Shown piece by piece: positions 1 to 12,281 of a stretch of 64,000 nt of DNA. Numbering within the stretch: the stretch's first letter is position 1; each line of letters begins with the position of its first letter. This stretch comes from an uncultured Bacilli bacterium. GTDB taxonomy: Bacteria; Bacillota_I; Bacilli_A; RF39; UBA660. Under the pieces are notes generated by a model. The model saw only the letters and a list, made by a program, of their open reading frames with translations. It did no database searches and was not told the DNA's origin. The stretch spans positions 595 to 64,594 of the forward strand of contig CAKOLW010000004.1 of NCBI GenBank assembly GCA_934096405.1. Reading direction: 5' to 3'. Both the position numbers and the translations under genes were made by a program.

Positions 1-245
1 CCAATATTTTTAGTACAGTTAACATCACATATACCATCTCCGTCAATATCAATATTTAAATATTTCAATCTATTATTTATACTTATAAATGAATAAGTTC
101 CAAATGCAGTAATTCCAATAAAAATAACTGTTAAAATAATAATAATTAACAATTTTTTTCTATCTTCCTCCTTATTAGGACTTTCTAAATATAAACCTTC
201 CTCTTCCATTATACGAGTTCTTTCATCTAATTCTTTATTAGCCAT
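1..245 (-). CDS. partial CDS (N-terminal part, continues past window start): membrane-anchored protein with Asp/Gly-rich repeat
   Basis: Not in the ORF track because it runs off the window. The reverse-strand ATG at 245..243 is preceded by AGGGAG 7 nt upstream. It reads MANKELDERTRIMEEEGLYLESPNKEEDRKKLLIIIILTVIFIGITAFGTYSFISINNRLKYLNIDIDGDGICDVNCTKNI and stays open to position 1. It has one hydrophobic helix followed by a DxDxDG-like segment. Confidence 0.5.
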   Translation of the reverse strand, partial: MANKELDERTRIMEEEGLYLESPNKEEDRKKLLIIIILTVIFIGITAFGTYSFISINNRLKYLNIDIDGDGICDVNCTKNI

Positions 246-284
246 ATTAACACTCCCTATTATCTAATATAAATAATACCACAT

Positions 285-328
285 AAAAGAAAAATAAACA
301 AATAGTTTTTAACAAAAACTATTTGTTT
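285..328 (-). terminator. intrinsic terminator after yihY-like gene
   Basis: Perfect 15-bp inverted repeat AAACAAATAGTTTTT (296..310) / AAAAACTATTTGTTT (314..328) with a 3-nt loop. It overlaps the stop codon at 319..321 and is followed on the minus strand by a U-rich run. Confidence 0.7.
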
Positions 329-1197
329 CTACTTTCTCTAACTTTTTCTTCTAATTCTTTTAATTTAATATTGTTAGTCATTTCAATATTATGCTTTACG
401 TTTTGATAATTAAAAGATAATCCCATTACAAATACAAAAGCCAATATATAAAACCAAACCATTAGTATTACTATATTACTTAAACCAGCATAATATAAAT
501 TATAAGTTGCTATATTTTTTATATAATAAGAATATATCAATGTTGCCAATACCCAAACTGTAGTAGTAAATATAGCTCCTTTAGTAACATACTTACTTTT
601 AATCTTTTCATCTGGTGCAATTACATAAATCAACTTTATTGAAAAATACATCATTATTATTGTAATAGGCAAATTAAGTACAGGATATAACATTTGTAAT
701 GCATTAATAATTTTATTATTAAAGCCAACTAAAGTTGCCAAATTTAAAATTTGTTCACCAAAGATAGGCACTATTAACATAAAAGTAAACAATATAAATA
801 ATAAAATAGTCATGGCAAATGCTTTCATTCTTCTTTTTATATAATTTTTATTTTCAATATTAAACACCATATTAGATGCAATAATAATTGAATCACAGCC
901 ATTACTAACTATAAAGAAAGCAATTAACAAATAAACAACAAATCCAAAATTAAAATTATAACCTGTAATCATTGGTGTAATTACATCCATTACTTCTTTA
1001 CTAAAGTTTTGTTCAATAAATTGAGTAATAAATGTTGTAGACAAATTAAATGAAGTAGCAATTAAAAGAAGAAAAGAAATTATTGGCACTACTGCAAGAA
1101 CAAAGTAATAAGCAAGAGTACTAGGAAGGGTAAGCATTTCAGGTTTCATCATAATATTATATATATTAATAATAAATTCTTTAAACTTTTTCCACAT
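319..1197 (-). CDS. YihY/BrkB family integral membrane protein
   Basis: 292 aa and polytopic. The N-terminal LPSTLAYYFVLAVVPIISFLLLI resembles the YihY family signature (AALAYYtLLSlfPll). The gene starts 3 nt after the upstream GGDEF gene. Confidence 0.7.
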   Translation of the reverse strand: MWKKFKEFIINIYNIMMKPEMLTLPSTLAYYFVLAVVPIISFLLLIATSFNLSTTFITQFIEQNFSKEVMDVITPMITGYNFNFGFVVYLLIAFFIVSNGCDSIIIASNMVFNIENKNYIKRRMKAFAMTILLFILFTFMLIVPIFGEQILNLATLVGFNNKIINALQMLYPVLNLPITIIMMYFSIKLIYVIAPDEKIKSKYVTKGAIFTTTVWVLATLIYSYYIKNIATYNLYYAGLSNIVILMVWFYILAFVFVMGLSFNYQNVKHNIEMTNNIKLKELEEKVRESRNK

Positions 1198-1199
1198 AA

Positions 1200-3200
1200 C
1201 TATTTTTCCTTATTCTTTCTCATCATGATTAATGCTTCATTAATTGCGTCATCAATAGTTGTACTTTCACTATTAATCATATAATAACCAACACTTGCCC
1301 CATACTCATAAGGTAAATTCTTTAATTCTTTTATTAACTTATTTACGTATGTAACCACTTGCTTATCTTCATAACCAACTAAGTAAATTAAAAATTCATT
1401 ACCATCAGTTCTTATTATTTCACTATTTTCTCTTTGAGTTCTAATTAGTATATTAGCTGCACTCTTAATTTGTCTATCCCCTTCTTCATGTCCTTTAGTA
1501 TCATTAATAACACTTATATTATTTAAATCTATAACTACAACAGCTTGTGGATAAACCTTATTACTTTCCCAATAATTTAAATTATCATTCAAATAATTTC
1601 TATTTTTAAGATTAGTCATAACATCTAAATACATCATCTTATCTTCTTTTTTAATCTTCTTAGTAACTCTAACTTTCTTATTAAATTTTAATAGAAAGAA
1701 TACAATTGCTATTACTATAATAATTATATAAGTTAAATTACTTAAAATAAATTTCAAAATAACATTAGTATTAACTTCATCAATAGAATGACCAATAGCC
1801 ATATTATTAACATATTTATTACCTAAAGTACTAATATAAAAATTAAACAAATTATTAAACGTTGTATTATCTTTATTTAATAAGAATGAACTTTGTAAAT
1901 TAGCTTCTCCTATAAATTTAACAACATAATTTTTCAACTCATCATTTCTATAATAATCATAAACACTTTTCTCTATTATTAAAATATCAGTTTTATTTAA
2001 ACTTTTTAATAAATTATCATAATTATCAAAAGCATTTATATTTAAATTATTACTTTTCATATAATTATATAAATTAGTTTTATCAATCATTTTTACATTA
2101 TCATCAAGAACACTTTCCAGACTATCAACTGGAATATAATTATCTTGATGAGTTATAACAACATAATTTATATTTCCCAAACTTACACTATTATCATAAT
2201 TTTCATTAGATAAATTATAATAATTTAAAACAATATCTACTTTTTTATTACTAAGTGCATTCCCTAATTTATTAATATCCGAATATTCTATATATTTATA
2301 ACTAGCTCCTGTCATATCAGCAAATAATCTAAGATATTCATTAGTTATACCATTAAATTTATTATTAATCTTTCCTTCAAATGGTAAATTAGAAATATAA
2401 CCAACTAATAAATCATCTCCTACTATACTTTCTTTTTCTAAATCACTAATATTATAAACATCATAATATAATTTCAATAAATATTTATTTCTTTCAGTAT
2501 TTAAATTATCTTCCCAATTACTAAAATATTTATTAAAAACATTACTTAAAGTAGTATTAGCATCTTTCATACTTAAAACATAATGAGAATGTAACCCCTC
2601 CAAATGTTTTACTATATAGTATTTATTATTAATAATAGCACTCATGTATTTTTCCATAGGTATAATAGCATAAATAATTGAATTATTCATATCATTACTA
2701 ATTGAATCTATAGAATCATATTCTTTTAAATATAAATTATTATTACTTAAATACTTAGTTACATAACTCATGTCACTACTAATAACACCAATATTTTGAT
2801 TTTTTATTTTACTAAAATCTTCAACTAAATTTCCATTAGTACTTATCAAAACATAATGGTCAGTATAAAACACTAAATCACTAGGACTCAATTCATTTTT
2901 ATTTTTAAATACATAATCTCCTTCACTGTTAACAGTTACATTAAAAGTAAGACCAGTACTAGTTTCCAAATCGTTTATATATTCATAGAATACACCTTCA
3001 CCATTATTACTAAATATTGGTAAATTACCTTCCATACTTATATCAATTACATTATTAGCATTTTGATTTATCCAACTCTTTTCACTAAATGAAAAACTAT
3101 TCTTATTATTATTAACATAAATTAATATACCAACAACAATAATAAATAAAAGAAGAATAAGTCCACTTATTATTAATATCTTTCTATTTTTCTTTTTCAT
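1200..3200 (-). CDS. membrane signalling protein: large extracytoplasmic region plus C-terminal degenerate GGDEF domain
   Basis: 666 aa with an N-terminal TM helix, an extracytoplasmic part of about 450 aa and a second TM helix. GGDEF-domain landmarks follow: DVMTNLKNRNYL, VVVIDLNNISVINDTKGHEEGD and IIRTDGNEFLIYL. The signature reads DGNEF instead of GG(D/E)EF. Confidence 0.75.
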   Translation of the reverse strand: MKKKNRKILIISGLILLLFIIVVGILIYVNNNKNSFSFSEKSWINQNANNVIDISMEGNLPIFSNNGEGVFYEYINDLETSTGLTFNVTVNSEGDYVFKNKNELSPSDLVFYTDHYVLISTNGNLVEDFSKIKNQNIGVISSDMSYVTKYLSNNNLYLKEYDSIDSISNDMNNSIIYAIIPMEKYMSAIINNKYYIVKHLEGLHSHYVLSMKDANTTLSNVFNKYFSNWEDNLNTERNKYLLKLYYDVYNISDLEKESIVGDDLLVGYISNLPFEGKINNKFNGITNEYLRLFADMTGASYKYIEYSDINKLGNALSNKKVDIVLNYYNLSNENYDNSVSLGNINYVVITHQDNYIPVDSLESVLDDNVKMIDKTNLYNYMKSNNLNINAFDNYDNLLKSLNKTDILIIEKSVYDYYRNDELKNYVVKFIGEANLQSSFLLNKDNTTFNNLFNFYISTLGNKYVNNMAIGHSIDEVNTNVILKFILSNLTYIIIIVIAIVFFLLKFNKKVRVTKKIKKEDKMMYLDVMTNLKNRNYLNDNLNYWESNKVYPQAVVVIDLNNISVINDTKGHEEGDRQIKSAANILIRTQRENSEIIRTDGNEFLIYLVGYEDKQVVTYVNKLIKELKNLPYEYGASVGYYMINSESTTIDDAINEALIMMRKNKEK

Positions 3201-3208
3201 TATATCAC

Positions 3209-3664
3209 CTAATTATTTGTCCAAACTATCTGAGTATTACTAGAGTTTTTATACCCTTCCATTGGATACATAGTAGTTTCTTCACTAGCATTTTTACATG
3301 TAATTAAGAATTGAATATCATAAAAAGATTTTTCATCATCGCTAAATACATCTAATGCCTTAACAGCATAACTTTGTGCATCAACCTTACTAACTCCATC
3401 ACTAACATCCATAATAACATAGACAATCTTACCTTTAGTATCTACACTAACACTTTCAACCCCACCCTCATATAAAGCTTTAATGTCATTTGCTAAAGAA
3501 CTTTTTAATTTATGCTTTTCTATTCCAGTTAATCTATCACCATACTTATTCCCATTAGTACTATAAAAATATTTAATTAATCCTACCCCCATAAGTATCA
3601 ATGATATTATTACTATCAATGCAAGTACAAATAAAACTTTATTTTCTTTAATAATTTTTTTCAT
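3209..3664 (-). CDS. hypothetical membrane-anchored protein
   Basis: 151 aa ORF with a single N-terminal TM helix (VLFVLALIVIISLILMGVGLI). It lies 8 nt upstream of the GGDEF gene. No family recognised. Confidence 0.5.
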   Translation of the reverse strand: MKKIIKENKVLFVLALIVIISLILMGVGLIKYFYSTNGNKYGDRLTGIEKHKLKSSLANDIKALYEGGVESVSVDTKGKIVYVIMDVSDGVSKVDAQSYAVKALDVFSDDEKSFYDIQFLITCKNASEETTMYPMEGYKNSSNTQIVWTNN

Positions 3665-3893
3665 TCTTTCAACTCCTTGAATACATTATACTATAGTTTA
3701 TTCTAAATTGCTAGTTTACATTCAGAAGACAAAAACATAACTATCATAATAAAAATTAAAATTTTTATTATTCTTCAATATTTACTCTAAATCCAACATA
3801 TTTATTTTGACAAAATTAATGAAAAATAACAAAATATCATTAGATTTGTCAAGAAATTAAAAACTAAATAAAAAGGCATCTCTCACGAAACAC

Positions 3894-6234
<2,341 letters not shown>

Positions 6235-6348
6235 TCACCATTTATATTATACAAAAAATGCAATTATTAGTAAACAAAACTTTTTCATATATCTACGGGT
6301 AACAATTCTTTTAGATATATTTACTTAAATTTTTAGCATTTAACAATT

Positions 6349-6391
6349 CTATTCCAAAAAAAATTCCAAATTGGAGTTTTTTTTGGAATAG
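6349..6391 (-). terminator. long hairpin downstream of the DUF4143 pseudogene
   Basis: 15-bp arms CTATTCCAAAAAAAA (6349..6363) / TTTTTTTTGGAATAG (6377..6391) with a 13-nt loop that is itself partly palindromic (TCCAA..TTGGA). Confidence 0.5.
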
Positions 6392-6406
6392 AGTTTTCTA
6401 CAGGTT

Positions 6407-7637
6407 TTAATAAGTAAGTTCTTTTATTAAAAATGCAGCATAAATAGGTACCGATTTTATTTTAGTTTCAGGATTATATCCAAAATCTTTTGTACTTAAT
6501 CTAATCATATACTTAGGTTTATATAAGTTATAATAAGTTTTTAGGCTTTTAGATTGAGTATTTTCAGAAGACTTCACTTCAATTGGAATTACACCATCAT
6601 AATCAGTTTCAACAAGAAAGTCAACTTCAGCTTCTTCTTTACTTTTCCAATAGTATATAGGTAATCCACTAGATATAAGCTGATTAGCAACAAAATTTTC
6701 AGCAATAATTCCCTTAAATATTTTTAGTTCATTATTAAGTATTTCATTAACTGATATATTAAGTAAACGATTTAAAATACCCACATCACTTAAAAATAAT
6801 TTAAAAACCTCATAAATTTCAAACCCTTTTAAAGGCTTTTCAGGAACACTAACACAATTAACTTTTAATACCATATTAGCAGACACTAGCCAATCAAGTG
6901 GCAATTCATAATCTCTTGATTTTGCATCTTTTATAATTTTTGAATATTGAAATTTATGAGAAGCATTTGATAATTGACTAGGTAACGAATCATATATTCT
7001 TCTTATCTTTAAAATTTCCGATGGGGTTTCAATATACTTTTTCATGTCATTAAAATAAGACTCTATAATATCATTTAAAATATTATTATTATACTTAATA
7101 TAATCGTTATCAACACTCACCAAACTTTTAACACTTTCTGGCATTCCACCGGTTAATAAATAATTATTATAATATCTTAAAGCCTTATCATGTAAAACTA
7201 ACATAGGTTTATTATTTTTAAATGAATCTTTAATAGTATCAAGTAATAATAATTCATTATTAGCAATTAAATATTCTTCAAAATCCATTGGATACATATT
7301 TTTTATATAAACTTTTCCAACTGGAAAAGATTTAGAAAATCTTTTAAGTTTAACACCTAAAAGTGAACCAATGCATATAACTCTTACATTATTAAGTTGT
7401 TCGCAATAAAATTTTAATTCACTTATCAGTTCTTTAAAACAAGTTAACTTTAATATAAATATCATACTCATTTTTACAAAATTCTTCTATGATGTAAGGT
7501 TTTCCACATTGTCTAATACCTAAAACTAATATTGGTTTATTAATTTCATTTTCCTTCCATTTTACTAATTCGTCATATATTTTTCTTTTCATAAACAATA
7601 CTATAATAAATATGACATATTTTTTATAACAAATCAA
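6407..7637 (-). pseudogene. AAA ATPase (AAA_14 + DUF4143 architecture), disrupted by internal deletion and frameshift
   Basis: ORF 7434..7637 carries the P-loop part (ILVLGIRQCGKPYI). ORF 6407..7471 carries the rest (LKFYCEQ...ICIGSLLG...PVGKV...MYPMDFEEYL plus the C-terminal DUF4143-like part) in another frame. The Walker-B segment expected between them appears to be missing. Confidence 0.6.
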
Positions 7638-7777
7638 CTAATTAACACCTTTTCAGGACGACTTTTGAATTACCAAAATCATTTGATAAAGAAAATATGT
7701 TAATAAGTGTCAATTTATCAGTAATTTATTGATAAAGTTAAAGAATTTAGTTAAACTTAAAATAGAAGAGGTGTTTT

Positions 7778-8608
7778 ATGAAAACAAGTTATGAAAAGTT
7801 TGAAGAGATTCTAGATGAGTTAAGAGTGATAAGAGATTTAAAAGAATTTGAAGCTAATAGTCCAAAACAATATGAAGAATTGTTAGAAACTCTTACAAAA
7901 TTATATGAAGATATAATTAAGGAAGCAAAAAATTTAACTGACATTGAAGTAACTAAAGCAGATGAATTAATGGACAAATTGATTAATGCTCAGCCAGAAT
8001 TAGATGAATTAAAAGAAAAATTTGAAATAAGAAAAAAAGTAATAACTAATCTTAAGGATCTAGATCAAGTTAGACATGATTTATTAAAAATTGACGATTT
8101 AACAAATTATAGAGAAAATTTTGAAAAAGAATTTGATAAAAGCATAGAAAGTATCATTAGATGCTTTAGTGAAGTCAGCAATAATGTTGATAAAGACAGC
8201 GAAGAATATTATCAAGCAACACAATATATAAAAGAAATTTGTAATAAACATCCTGAATTAAAACAATTTGAAAAATTATTTTTAGAAGAAACATACACTA
8301 ATAAAACTACGGAAGAAAAGCAAAAAGAAATCACTGAAAAATTCGAATTAGAAAAAGCAAAAGTTAAAGTAACTTCATTAACTAATGATATAGAAAAATT
8401 AAGAGAAAGAAAAGAAACTAATTCAAATGAATTAGGTAAATATAAAGATTTAATAGAAAAATATAAAAAAGAAATATTTAACAACGAAAATTTGAGTAAA
8501 GAAGAAAAGCAAAAACTTATAAGTCAACTTGAAAAAGACAATCAAATATTAAATATGTTAGAAGTGCTAGCTCAACAAGAAAAAACAAGTGGAGGCCCAA
8601 GTTTATAA
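7778..8608 (+). CDS. hypothetical Glu/Lys-rich coiled-coil protein
   Basis: 276 aa with GAGGTG 6 nt before the ATG. It has heptad-like charged composition throughout and no TM or signal sequence. No family recognised. Confidence 0.55.
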   Translation: MKTSYEKFEEILDELRVIRDLKEFEANSPKQYEELLETLTKLYEDIIKEAKNLTDIEVTKADELMDKLINAQPELDELKEKFEIRKKVITNLKDLDQVRHDLLKIDDLTNYRENFEKEFDKSIESIIRCFSEVSNNVDKDSEEYYQATQYIKEICNKHPELKQFEKLFLEETYTNKTTEEKQKEITEKFELEKAKVKVTSLTNDIEKLRERKETNSNELGKYKDLIEKYKKEIFNNENLSKEEKQKLISQLEKDNQILNMLEVLAQQEKTSGGPSL

Positions 8609-8631
8609 ACACAGAAATTCTGTGTTTTTTT
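8607..8631. terminator. bidirectional terminator between convergent genes
   Basis: AAACACAG-AAATT-CTGTGTTT hairpin followed by a T run. It lies between the stop of 7778..8608 and the stop of 8630..9715. Confidence 0.7.
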
Positions 8632-9715
8632 ATAATGATCTTTCACCATCTAAATTTAAAGAAATTTGTTCAATAATTGCCTTTGCATTTATAACATTAA
8701 ATCCATCAACATTAACAGTCGTTTCTTTAGCAACTTTAGTAAACTCTTCAAATGTTAATTTTGGATCAACTTCCAAAGCTAATGCATAAATTCCACATAG
8801 TTTTGGTATTCCCCAACTAAATGTATTATTCCCGTGAAACATATAATCAGATTGACTTCCCCAAAGAGGTATCATTTCACTACATGGAACCATTATCTTT
8901 TCTTTTGCAAGTTCAACATTTGATTTTTGCCAATCACTTAAATAATATTGACTATTGTTTAAATCCATATTAACTACAGTAAAGTTTTTAGCAAATTCGT
9001 TTGAATCTATAACTTCACAACCAGTTTCTCTAAGTTTACCTTTTAGTTGTTCATATTTTTCTCCCAATGCTTTACCATAACCATTACTAATATTAACAAT
9101 TCTAATACCCTCTCCATTTAAGTTTCTATTATATATTTCTAATAATTTTGAATACGTTAATTGTCCAAAAAATGTTCTAGCATCAGTTGTTACTAGCTCC
9201 GGATGTTCTTCAAAATAACTAGGATTAACATCATAAAAACTTACTTCAGCATTTGGAACAACACCAATATTCTTTCCAACTAAATAAGACAAAACAACCT
9301 CACCATGAAAATGTTCTCCTCTTGAACCATAACTTTCATAATAATTTTTAATTTTACCTTCTAATTCAACTGGAGTAACCTTAAAACCATTATCAATGAC
9401 AGCAATTTTTATTCCATCACCCTTTAGTCCTTCTTTATGTAACAATTCAATATCTGTAGTAGTTTTAAAGTAATTACTATTAAACTTAAAAGGATGATTA
9501 TCTGGAAACTTTGTTGCAGTTGAATAATTCACTTGTCTAACGATTTCATCACTAAATTCTCCAACGAACTTTTTGCTACTTAAATCACTAAAAGCAAATC
9601 CCCATTGCTTAAATTTTTCATTTCTTAAAGCATATTTTAACCACTCTTCAGTTATAATATCCGGTACAACTTCTTCTCCATATATAAGTTTTTCATATTT
9701 TTTTATATCATACAT
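8630..9715 (-). CDS. subtilase (peptidase S8)-like protein without signal peptide
   Basis: 361 aa. The landmarks occur in D-H-N-S order: GIKIAVIDNGF (Asp), EHFHGEVVLSY (His), IVNISNGYG (oxyanion Asn) and NNTFSWGIPKLCG (Ser with Pro at +4, as in GTSMAAP). It has no N-terminal hydrophobic segment and lies 9 nt downstream of pcrA. Confidence 0.6.
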   Translation of the reverse strand: MYDIKKYEKLIYGEEVVPDIITEEWLKYALRNEKFKQWGFAFSDLSSKKFVGEFSDEIVRQVNYSTATKFPDNHPFKFNSNYFKTTTDIELLHKEGLKGDGIKIAVIDNGFKVTPVELEGKIKNYYESYGSRGEHFHGEVVLSYLVGKNIGVVPNAEVSFYDVNPSYFEEHPELVTTDARTFFGQLTYSKLLEIYNRNLNGEGIRIVNISNGYGKALGEKYEQLKGKLRETGCEVIDSNEFAKNFTVVNMDLNNSQYYLSDWQKSNVELAKEKIMVPCSEMIPLWGSQSDYMFHGNNTFSWGIPKLCGIYALALEVDPKLTFEEFTKVAKETTVNVDGFNVINAKAIIEQISLNLDGERSL

Positions 9716-9724
9716 ACATTACAC

Positions 9725-11806
9725 CTATAATTCAATCTTTTTTAAACTCTTATGATTTTTAGCTAATTGCTTTATCCCATCTTTAAATCCAAATGCTATA
9801 GTCGCAAGACTACCATCAATTTTAACAACGACTCCATCTCCGTATCTTTCATGTCTTACTCTATCTCCAACATTTAAATCATCATTTCTACCACTTTCAT
9901 ACATTTCTCCTGTTTTAATAGTTTTATTTTCAACAATATTACTTTCTATTAAATCACTACTAATCTCTCCAATAAATCTACTAGGAATATTACTACTTGA
10001 TTTACCAAATAATGTTCTATGTCTAGTATTTAATAAATATAAATGTTTTTTTGCCCTAGTAATACCAACATAACACAATCTTCTTTCTTCTTCTAATTCA
10101 CTTTCACTTTCCATACTTCTCATATGTGGGAAAATTCCTTCTTCTAAACCAACTAAGAAAACATCATTAAATTCAAGCCCCTTTGCAGAATGTAATGTCA
10201 TCAAACTAACGCCATCTTCTACTTCTTTATATTCTCTCATATCACTAACAAGACTAATATTTTCTAAAAACTCTTCTAAATTATAAATTCCCTTCTCTTC
10301 AAAAGACAAAGTAATACTTTTAAACTCCTCCAAGTTCTCTAATCTTATTTGACTTTCTAAAGTATCACTCTCTTCAAGCTCACTTCTCATTCCAGTTTTA
10401 TCTAATATTAAATCAACTAATCCACTTAAATTAGTATTCTTACTCTCTTCTTTTAAATCTAATATTAAATTTTTAAACTCTAACTCTTTACCACTACTAA
10501 TAGTTTCAAACATAGAAACATCACTAATATTAGATTCAGTCCTAAGTCTTTCCAAAGTTTTAAGTCCTATTCCTCTTTTAGGAACATTGATAACTCTTTC
10601 CAAACTAACGTCATCATTAGTATTATATATTAAATGCAAATACGCAATTAAATCTTTAATTTCTTTTCTATTATAGAAGAAATAACTACCTACTATTCTA
10701 AAAGGAATATTTTCTTTCAAAAATGCTTCTTCAATAACACGACTCTGTCCATTAGTTCTATATAAAACCGCAATTTCTTTAGGCTTTTCCCCATTACTTA
10801 TTAACTTTCTAACTTCATTAATAACTGTTCTAGCTTCTTCTAATTCACTCTCACATCTAATATACTTAATCTTATCTCCATCACCATTATTACTCCATAA
10901 ATTCTTTTCTTTTCTCTCTTTATTATTTTTAATAACATCATTCGCAGCCTTTAAAATATTATTAGTGCTTCTATAATTCTCATCTAATAAAACTGTCTTA
11001 GCCATAGGATAATCCTTTTCAAAATTCATAACATTCATATAATTAGCAAATCTAAACGAATAAATTGATTGATCCATATCTCCTACAACAAATAAATTCA
11101 AATATTTACTAGCAAGTAACTTACAAAGTTCATATTGAACCATATTAGTATCTTGATATTCATCTACTAAAATATATTGATAATGTTCTTGATATTTATC
11201 TAATACTTCATCACTCTTCTTAAATATTTTAACAGGTAATATTAATAAATCATCAAAATCTACACTATTATTTCTCTTTAACATTGAAACATACTTTTTA
11301 TATATTTTAATAACTACTTGATCTAATGGACTAGTCATAAACTTACTATATTCTTCAGGACTTAATCCTTCATTTTTAGCAAAACTTATTTTATTAAGTA
11401 TATATTTAATAGGATAATTCTCACTACTTAAATTCATTTCTTTTAAGAATTTTTTAATCAAACTATTAACATCATCTCTATCCAAAATAGTTATATTATT
11501 TGTATATCCTAACACATCAGCATTCTCTCTTAAAACTTTAAGTCCAAAAGAGTGAAAAGTACCAATAAATATTTTATCAGCATCACTACCTATACTTCTA
11601 GATACTCTTTCTCTCATTTCTCGAGCTGCCTTATTAGTAAATGTAATAGCTAATATATTTTGTGGTCTAACACCACTATTAATAAGATTAACTATTCTTT
11701 CCGTTAAAACTCTTGTCTTACCACTTCCAGCACCTGCTAGAACTAAACAAGGTCCTTCCTTATGCATTACTGCCTCTTTTTGTCTTTCACTTAATTTATC
11801 AAACAT
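9725..11806 (-). CDS. pcrA: ATP-dependent DNA helicase PcrA/UvrD
   Basis: 693 aa with the SF1 motifs AGAGSGKT, DEYQDTN, QSIYSFR and YVGITRAK. The C-terminal domain VGDRVRHERYGDGVVV is Tudor-like. Confidence 0.95.
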   Translation of the reverse strand: MFDKLSERQKEAVMHKEGPCLVLAGAGSGKTRVLTERIVNLINSGVRPQNILAITFTNKAAREMRERVSRSIGSDADKIFIGTFHSFGLKVLRENADVLGYTNNITILDRDDVNSLIKKFLKEMNLSSENYPIKYILNKISFAKNEGLSPEEYSKFMTSPLDQVVIKIYKKYVSMLKRNNSVDFDDLLILPVKIFKKSDEVLDKYQEHYQYILVDEYQDTNMVQYELCKLLASKYLNLFVVGDMDQSIYSFRFANYMNVMNFEKDYPMAKTVLLDENYRSTNNILKAANDVIKNNKERKEKNLWSNNGDGDKIKYIRCESELEEARTVINEVRKLISNGEKPKEIAVLYRTNGQSRVIEEAFLKENIPFRIVGSYFFYNRKEIKDLIAYLHLIYNTNDDVSLERVINVPKRGIGLKTLERLRTESNISDVSMFETISSGKELEFKNLILDLKEESKNTNLSGLVDLILDKTGMRSELEESDTLESQIRLENLEEFKSITLSFEEKGIYNLEEFLENISLVSDMREYKEVEDGVSLMTLHSAKGLEFNDVFLVGLEEGIFPHMRSMESESELEEERRLCYVGITRAKKHLYLLNTRHRTLFGKSSSNIPSRFIGEISSDLIESNIVENKTIKTGEMYESGRNDDLNVGDRVRHERYGDGVVVKIDGSLATIAFGFKDGIKQLAKNHKSLKKIEL

Positions 11807-11838
11807 AATTTATTTCTCCATTCTTCTTGTATATATTC

Positions 11839-11867
11839 ATTCTATATCAAATACATATGTTTGTCAA
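11839..11867 (-). promoter_or_regulatory. sigma-A-type promoter for pcrA
   Basis: The minus strand reads TTGACA-17 nt-TAGAAT, with GGAGA 8 nt before the pcrA ATG further downstream. Confidence 0.45.
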
Positions 11868-11894
11868 TATAAAAGATTAACTATACTTTCATAG

Positions 11895-12182
11895 TTAATC
11901 TATCTTAATAATAATTTCTCCTTCTTTACTATATAAATACTTCTCTCTAGCATACCTAGCAACATACTCTTCATCTTGTAATTTTTGTATCTCACTTTTC
12001 AGCAATTCTTCTTTCTCTAACTTAAGAGCATACTCTTCATCTAATTTTTTCTTTTCCTTAATATTTTTATAAATATTTGACCAATAACTAAACATATTAC
12101 TTAAAAACAATGTAAGTAATGGAATAAAAATAATCATTAAAACTATTAATCTTCTCTTATCTTTCTTAGTTACTCGTTTCAT
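11895..12182 (-). CDS. divIC: septum formation initiator family protein (FtsB/DivIC-like)
   Basis: 95 aa with an N-terminal TM helix and a coiled coil. The C-terminal EEYVARYAREKYLYSKEGEIIIKI is typical of DivIC/FtsB. Confidence 0.7.
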   Translation of the reverse strand: MKRVTKKDKRRLIVLMIIFIPLLTLFLSNMFSYWSNIYKNIKEKKKLDEEYALKLEKEELLKSEIQKLQDEEYVARYAREKYLYSKEGEIIIKID

Positions 12183-12281
12183 ATCTTTCTCCTACATAAA
12201 TGATACCATAAAAAATACAAAATTTCAACTTTTACACTTATACGTTTAATTACTTTTAGTTTTTATTCTACACAGGTCATT

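Noticed and set aside
3766-3791. ATAATAAAAATT-AA-AATTTTTATTAT inverted repeat downstream of 3894..4256
   Set aside because: The stem is pure A/T with marginal stability. It may help termination, but it cannot be distinguished from background low-complexity sequence.
11849-11863. Possible LexA/Cheo box (AAATACATATGTTTG) in the pcrA promoter spacer
   Set aside because: Only the central ACATATGT palindrome matches. The diagnostic GAAC and GTTC half-sites read ATAC and GTTT. Short AT palindromes are frequent in this DNA.
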